Part shown: positions 1 to 3,415 of the stretch, piece by piece
Layout of the letters: each line of letters begins with the position of its first letter
Numbering within the stretch: the stretch's first letter is position 1
Source: Candidatus Omnitrophota bacterium
Lineage (GTDB): Bacteria > Omnitrophota > Gorgyraeia > Duberdicusellales > 4484-171
Assembly: GCA_021735045.1 (NCBI GenBank)
Contig: JAIPHU010000026.1
Location: 1-5,983 of the forward strand
DNA length: 5,983 bases
Direction of reading: 5' to 3'
Notes under the pieces: model-generated
The model's database searches: none
What the model was told of the DNA's origin: nothing
The model's input: only the letters and a program-made list of their open reading frames with translations
Translations under genes and position numbers: made by a program

Positions 1-304
1 AAGCACCCCGTTTTTTTGTAGGTATTAAGATATTCTGGAAAGTTTTGGTAAGGCTATGGATTTCTTTACTCTCTTTATCTAGGCCCCCCATTTTTTCATA
101 TAATTTTGTTAATTGAGAAAAAATAGAATTAAAAGAATTTATATAGTTACTCTGAGTTTGATTTAAGTTGCCGGTAATCTCTTCTTTTAGCGACTCTAGC
201 CTTTCGGTAACTTCACCTCTTTTGATCTTTTTTAGATATACTAATAATACAGCAAGGATAACAACTAAAATAAAAACTAAAATAAAAAGAAGAATGATTT
301 CCAT
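1..304 (-). CDS. rmuC: RmuC-family DNA recombination protein, N-terminal part only (3' end lies beyond the left window edge)
   Basis: Manual reverse-strand translation from the ATG at 304..302 stays open to position 2. It gives MEIILLFILVFILVVILAVLLVYLKKIKRGEVTERLESLKEEITGNLNQTQSNYINSFNSIFSQLTKLYEKMGGLDKESKEIHSLTKTFQNILIPTKKRGA. This is an N-terminal hydrophobic helix, then a coiled-coil-like segment, ending in LTKTFQNILIPTKKRGA. That end resembles the conserved RmuC stretch (E. coli ...LTRALKGDNKTQGNWGE...) just before the nuclease-like domain. The ORF is absent from the track because no stop codon lies in the window. It starts 8 nt after the coaC stop. Confidence 0.55.
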   Translation of the reverse strand, partial: MEIILLFILVFILVVILAVLLVYLKKIKRGEVTERLESLKEEITGNLNQTQSNYINSFNSIFSQLTKLYEKMGGLDKESKEIHSLTKTFQNILIPTKKRGA

Positions 305-312
305 ATTAAATA

Positions 313-870
313 TTATTTTAAAAAAGACCTTATCTTTCGATAGATTTCTTCTGGTTCAACCATTCTGCCTATTCCTTCTTTTCCACAAGCAAGCTCACCT
401 TTTTCAGGAAAAAGGACCGTATAGTTTTTTACCTTTTTTAAGCGGGATAAGTTTTCTTTAATAATCAAGTTGTTCCACATCTTTTCATTCATCGAAGGTA
501 CAAGCAAAAGTGGGTTTTTGGAATCAAAAGCACAAATTGCAGTAGTCAATAAATTATCACAGATACCACAGGCAACTTTTGAAAGAGTATTTGCGGATAA
601 AGGAGCAACTACAGCTAAATTAGCCCACTCTGATAATTTTATATGCTGAGTATCTTCTAAGGTGCAAGAAAACATCTCCCAATAAACCGGATTATTTGTC
701 AACTGCTTAAATACAAGTGGACGAATAAATTCAGTGGCTGCAGGAGTCATCATTACCTTTACCGAATAGTTATTTTTCACTAAAGTTCTTACAAGTTGAC
801 AAACTTTATATGCAGCTATTCCTCCACAAACTCCAACTAAAACATTTTTCCCTTTCTTTTTCATAATCAT
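313..870 (-). CDS. coaC: Phosphopantothenoylcysteine decarboxylase (monofunctional CoaC flavoprotein)
   Basis: 185 aa with the hallmark motifs: GVCGGIAAYK (FMN-binding N-terminus), HIKLSEWANLAVVAPLSANTLSKVACGICDNLLT (active-site His region), PSMNEKMW (PxMNxxMW) and ELACGKEGIGRM (substrate clamp with catalytic Cys). An in-frame TAG at 871..873 blocks any upstream extension. The start is the ATG at 870 or the second ATG at 864. Confidence 0.9.
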   Translation of the reverse strand: MIMKKKGKNVLVGVCGGIAAYKVCQLVRTLVKNNYSVKVMMTPAATEFIRPLVFKQLTNNPVYWEMFSCTLEDTQHIKLSEWANLAVVAPLSANTLSKVACGICDNLLTTAICAFDSKNPLLLVPSMNEKMWNNLIIKENLSRLKKVKNYTVLFPEKGELACGKEGIGRMVEPEEIYRKIRSFLK

Positions 871-945
871 CTATTCTAATACTTTCTCCCCCATCTGTAA
901 ACCCCAACCCACTGTAGACACCCGGTGTACACGGTAGGTTAGGTT
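871..945 (-). other. GC-rich 75-nt coaB-coaC spacer with G-runs and predicted RNA helices
   Basis: Minus-strand sequence: AACCTAACCTACCGTGTACACCGGGTGTCTACAGTGGGTTGGGGTTTACAGATGGGGGAGAAAGTATTAGAATAG. It is clearly more GC-rich than the flanking genes. AACCTAACCT (945..936) can pair with GGGTTGGGGTT (910..900): 8 Watson-Crick pairs plus 2 G-U pairs with one bulged G. An inner hairpin, GTACAC-CGG-GTGTCTAC, fits inside that helix. There are four G-runs at 923..921, 910..908, 905..902 and 892..888. Confidence 0.3.
873..901 (-). promoter_or_regulatory. Candidate sigma70-type promoter for coaC: TTTACA (901..896) - 17 nt - TAGAAT (878..873)
   Basis: Read on the minus strand: TTTACA GATGGGGGAGAAAGTAT TAGAAT AG ATG. 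The -35 matches consensus at 5 of 6 positions, the spacer is the optimal 17 nt, and the -10 has the TAnnnT form. It lies in the only sizable intergenic gap of the window. The -10 ends 2 nt before the first coaC ATG, implying a leaderless or near-leaderless transcript. This rests on sequence pattern only, and chance matches are common in AT-rich DNA. Confidence 0.35.
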
Positions 946-1560
946 TTATTGGGTTAATATATTGTTAATTTGCTTAACTAGGCTGCCTTTTGAGCTTATT
1001 TTAGTTTTATTTTTGCGGGAATCAATCAATGTTGCTTTATAGCCACTCTTTAGCTCTTCTAGGGCATTAGCTACTACATAGTCTGAACCATTTTCTTCTA
1101 AACTTCGGTAGGCTTTATCAATAATGCCTTTTTTTTCTAGTTCAAGCTTAAATTGAATTAATGTAGAATTTTTAGCCAGTTTTCGAATAGTTTTTATTAT
1201 CTTTGGGGCAGGAGCTAAAGAAATGTTAAAATCTTTTTTTCCGGAAGGGATTTTAGTTTCTTTTTCTATCTTAGGCAGATAATCACTTACAGCTGCCATA
1301 TGAACTATGGCATTAAATTTATGATTTTTTAAAACATCAGTTACTTTCTTTTTAAACTCAGAAAAATAGTGAAAATATAAAGTCTTTAAATCGCCCACTG
1401 TTTCAACCCTATGCGGGTTTATTAGCAAGGTAACCTGATGGCCTTTCTTAGACAAGCTTTTGGCCAAATAAAGACCGGTTCTACCGGTAAAACGGTTAGT
1501 TAAAATCCGCACTTTATCAATTTTTGCCCAAGTAGGCCCAGCTGTAACTAATATTTCCAT
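946..1560 (-). CDS. coaB: Phosphopantothenate--cysteine ligase (monofunctional CoaB)
   Basis: 204 aa. VTAGPTWAKIDKVRILTNRFTGRTG matches the CoaB signature TAGPTxExIDPVRxIxNxSSGKxG. Also present are HMAAVSDY (AAVxDY) and a Lys-rich KIPSGKK segment followed by ISLAPAPKII. The ATG at 1560 lies 4 nt after the ttcA stop. Confidence 0.88.
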   Translation of the reverse strand: MEILVTAGPTWAKIDKVRILTNRFTGRTGLYLAKSLSKKGHQVTLLINPHRVETVGDLKTLYFHYFSEFKKKVTDVLKNHKFNAIVHMAAVSDYLPKIEKETKIPSGKKDFNISLAPAPKIIKTIRKLAKNSTLIQFKLELEKKGIIDKAYRSLEENGSDYVVANALEELKSGYKATLIDSRKNKTKISSKGSLVKQINNILTQ

Positions 1561-1564
1561 AGTT

Positions 1565-2308
1565 TTAAACTAAATAATCCTTTCTTATCTTTCTTAATGA
1601 GCGAAAAATATTTTTCCTTACCTGGGGACAGCTATCTTCCAACTCTTTAATTATTTTTTTTACTTTCTCCCGACGAGTTCCTTCTCCATAGATACAATCA
1701 TGAGCCATAAAAGGGAGCGAAAGTTGTTTGGCAAATTCTAAGATATCTTTCTTTTTTAAATAAGCCAAAGGCCTAATTAGCTTAATCCGTCCGGAAAACA
1801 TATCTAGGGCCGGAGGAGCAGAACTAATTTGAGCAAAAAAGAAAATATTCATTAAAATTGTTTCGGTTATATCATCTAGATTATGGCCTAAGGCGATCTT
1901 ATTACAATTAAGACGCTTGGCTGTTTCAAATAATATTTTTCGTCTCGACCAGGAACACCAAAAACAGTTACGGTCCTTTTCTTTAATATTCAAATTTTCA
2001 ATTATATAATCAATCCCGCTATCTTTAAAATAATTTATAAGCGTCTCTTTATCAGTTTGGATAAAGTTGGTATCAACAAAACAAGCAATAATTTTAAAAT
2101 CAAAGGGAACTCTTCTTTTGCGCATTAGAAAAAGTTTAAGTAAAGCCAGGCTATCTACTCCGCCGGATACAGCAACTAAAAGCCTATCTCCTTCTGAAAG
2201 CATCTGATAATTGTAAATAGCTTTACCCATTTGCTTATAAACGCTAAGAATTTTTCCTCTTAATTTAATTTTTTTCTTTTTAACCCCACAAGGTGACAAT
2301 GGACTCAT
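1565..2308 (-). CDS. ttcA: TtcA-family PP-loop ATPase (tRNA 2-thiocytidine-type thiolase)
   Basis: 247 aa. It has the PP-loop SGGVDS (2150..2167), CFWCSWSRR (CxxC at 1955..1966, compare E. coli TtcA CSLCSRLRRG), ALGHNLDDITETILMNIFF (compare [21 protein letters not shown]), IRPLAYLKKKDI, and a third Cys in HDCIYGEG. Three Cys residues fit the [4Fe-4S] ligation known for TtcA. Its length and the CxxC motif argue against TilS. Confidence 0.82.
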   Translation of the reverse strand: MSPLSPCGVKKKKIKLRGKILSVYKQMGKAIYNYQMLSEGDRLLVAVSGGVDSLALLKLFLMRKRRVPFDFKIIACFVDTNFIQTDKETLINYFKDSGIDYIIENLNIKEKDRNCFWCSWSRRKILFETAKRLNCNKIALGHNLDDITETILMNIFFFAQISSAPPALDMFSGRIKLIRPLAYLKKKDILEFAKQLSLPFMAHDCIYGEGTRREKVKKIIKELEDSCPQVRKNIFRSLRKIRKDYLV

Positions 2309-3400
2309 TTAAAACAGATCTCCTTTTTGATTTCTGCTTGTGTATTCTATAATTTTTCTAGCTATTTTTATAACCTCAACTGGATATTTGCCGATAGCGG
2401 TTTCTCCGGAAAAAAGTAAAAAATTTGCTCCATCTAAGATGGCATTAGCTACATCAGAGACTTCGGCTCTAGTAGGAATAAAATTTTTAATCATACTTTC
2501 AAGCATCTGAGTTGCAACCACAGAAGGCCGGGAAGATTTTTTTGTTTTTTCTAATATCTTTTTCTGAAGGTAAGGCACTTTATAGATAGGAAGGCAAATC
2601 CCTAAATCACCTCGAGCCACTATTATCCCATCAGCCTCCTCTATCAACTGATCGATATGCTTTAGGCCCTGAAGGCTTTCAACTTTGGCAAAAATTTTAG
2701 GCATTTTACTGCTTGTCTTAATTTTTTGGCCATCGGCTTTGCCGATAGGCGAGCAATCAGATGGCAGACAATTTTTTTGTTTTTTTAGAAAAGCTCTTAA
2801 ATTTAAAATATCTTTCCTATTTCTTACAAATGATTGAGCAATATAATCTATCGGACAGCCAAAAGTAGAATCTAGATCTTTTTTGTCTTTATCGCCTAAA
2901 GGCTCAAAATCAAGTTTAGCGCCCACTATATTTATCCCCTTGCGCTCTTGAAGTTCACCACCCCTTGCGACCTTAGCTTTAATCTTTTTTTTGCCGATAG
3001 ATTCTATCTTAACTATGATTTTCCCATCATCTATGTAAATAGGATTATCTTTTCTTATTCCTTTAAGTGAACCTCGATAGTCAAAAGGAATAATCCTTTG
3101 ATTTCCTACAATATCTTCTTGACTAAAATAAACTATTGAATCATTTTTTAAAAATACTTTTTTCGGCTTTAGCCTTCCCACCCTAATTCGGTAACCTTCT
3201 AAATCCTGCATTATTTTTATCTTCTTTTTTCTTTTTTTATTAATTTGATTGATTATTTTTATCTTTTTTAGATGCGAAGCCCGAGAACCATGAGAAAAAT
3301 TAAGCCGAACAACATCTAGGCCTGCTTTGGCCATCTTAACTATAGTTTCTTTATCTTGGCTAGCGGGACCTAAAGTTGCAATAATTTTTGCTTTTTTCAT
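2309..3400 (-). CDS. pyk: Pyruvate kinase, short form (A and B domains only, no C-terminal domain)
   Basis: 363 aa with canonical PK motifs in order: KIIATLGP, RLNFSHG, DLEGYRIR (variant of DTKGPEIR), GDKDKKDL, AQSFVRNRKD, KVES (KIEN), VARGDLG, ATQMLESM, PTRAEVSDVANAILDG and SGETAIGKYP. It ends about 24 aa after GKYP. Its TAA (2309..2311) directly abuts the ttcA ATG (2306..2308). Confidence 0.9.
   Translation of the reverse strand: MKKAKIIATLGPASQDKETIVKMAKAGLDVVRLNFSHGSRASHLKKIKIINQINKKRKKKIKIMQDLEGYRIRVGRLKPKKVFLKNDSIVYFSQEDIVGNQRIIPFDYRGSLKGIRKDNPIYIDDGKIIVKIESIGKKKIKAKVARGGELQERKGINIVGAKLDFEPLGDKDKKDLDSTFGCPIDYIAQSFVRNRKDILNLRAFLKKQKNCLPSDCSPIGKADGQKIKTSSKMPKIFAKVESLQGLKHIDQLIEEADGIIVARGDLGICLPIYKVPYLQKKILEKTKKSSRPSVVATQMLESMIKNFIPTRAEVSDVANAILDGANFLLFSGETAIGKYPVEVIKIARKIIEYTSRNQKGDLF
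2320..2325 (-). promoter_or_regulatory. Shine-Dalgarno-like AAGGAG upstream of ttcA, embedded in the 3' end of pyk
   Basis: Minus strand reads ...AAAAAGGAGATCTGTTTTAAATG. AAGGAG lies 11 nt before the ttcA ATG, a spacing on the long side. The other genes here lack a well-spaced SD. Confidence 0.4.
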
Positions 3401-3415
3401 AAGTTTAGTTATTTT

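Noticed and set aside
168-461. 97-aa + strand ORF from the track
   Set aside because: It lies entirely antisense to the rmuC N-terminus and the coaC C-terminus, both of which have recognisable family motifs. Its translation is low-complexity (Ser/Leu/Phe/Ile-rich) with no recognisable motif. This is the typical shadow ORF of AT-rich coding DNA.
871-894. 7-codon upstream ORF (ATG GGG GAG AAA GVL.. = MGEKVLE, TAG) whose stop abuts the coaC ATG, a possible leader peptide or reinitiation device
   Set aside because: It is too short to tell apart from chance and has no regulatory-codon pattern. It would also lie upstream of the transcription start if the candidate promoter is real. Noted only as an alternative to the leaderless model.
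871-945. The 75-nt GC-rich spacer is tRNA-sized, so it might be a tRNA or other small RNA gene
   Set aside because: Neither strand has a GTTCGAATC-like T-loop, a D-loop consensus or 7-bp complementary termini. The helix I can draw is not a cloverleaf.
3209-3250. Lys-rich run NKKRKKKIKI in pyk and numerous A/T homopolymers (for example T8 at 1129..1136), as possible slippery or phase-variable sites
   Set aside because: These fit the overall AT/Lys compositional bias. The reading frames are intact on both sides and no alternative-frame ORFs are evident.
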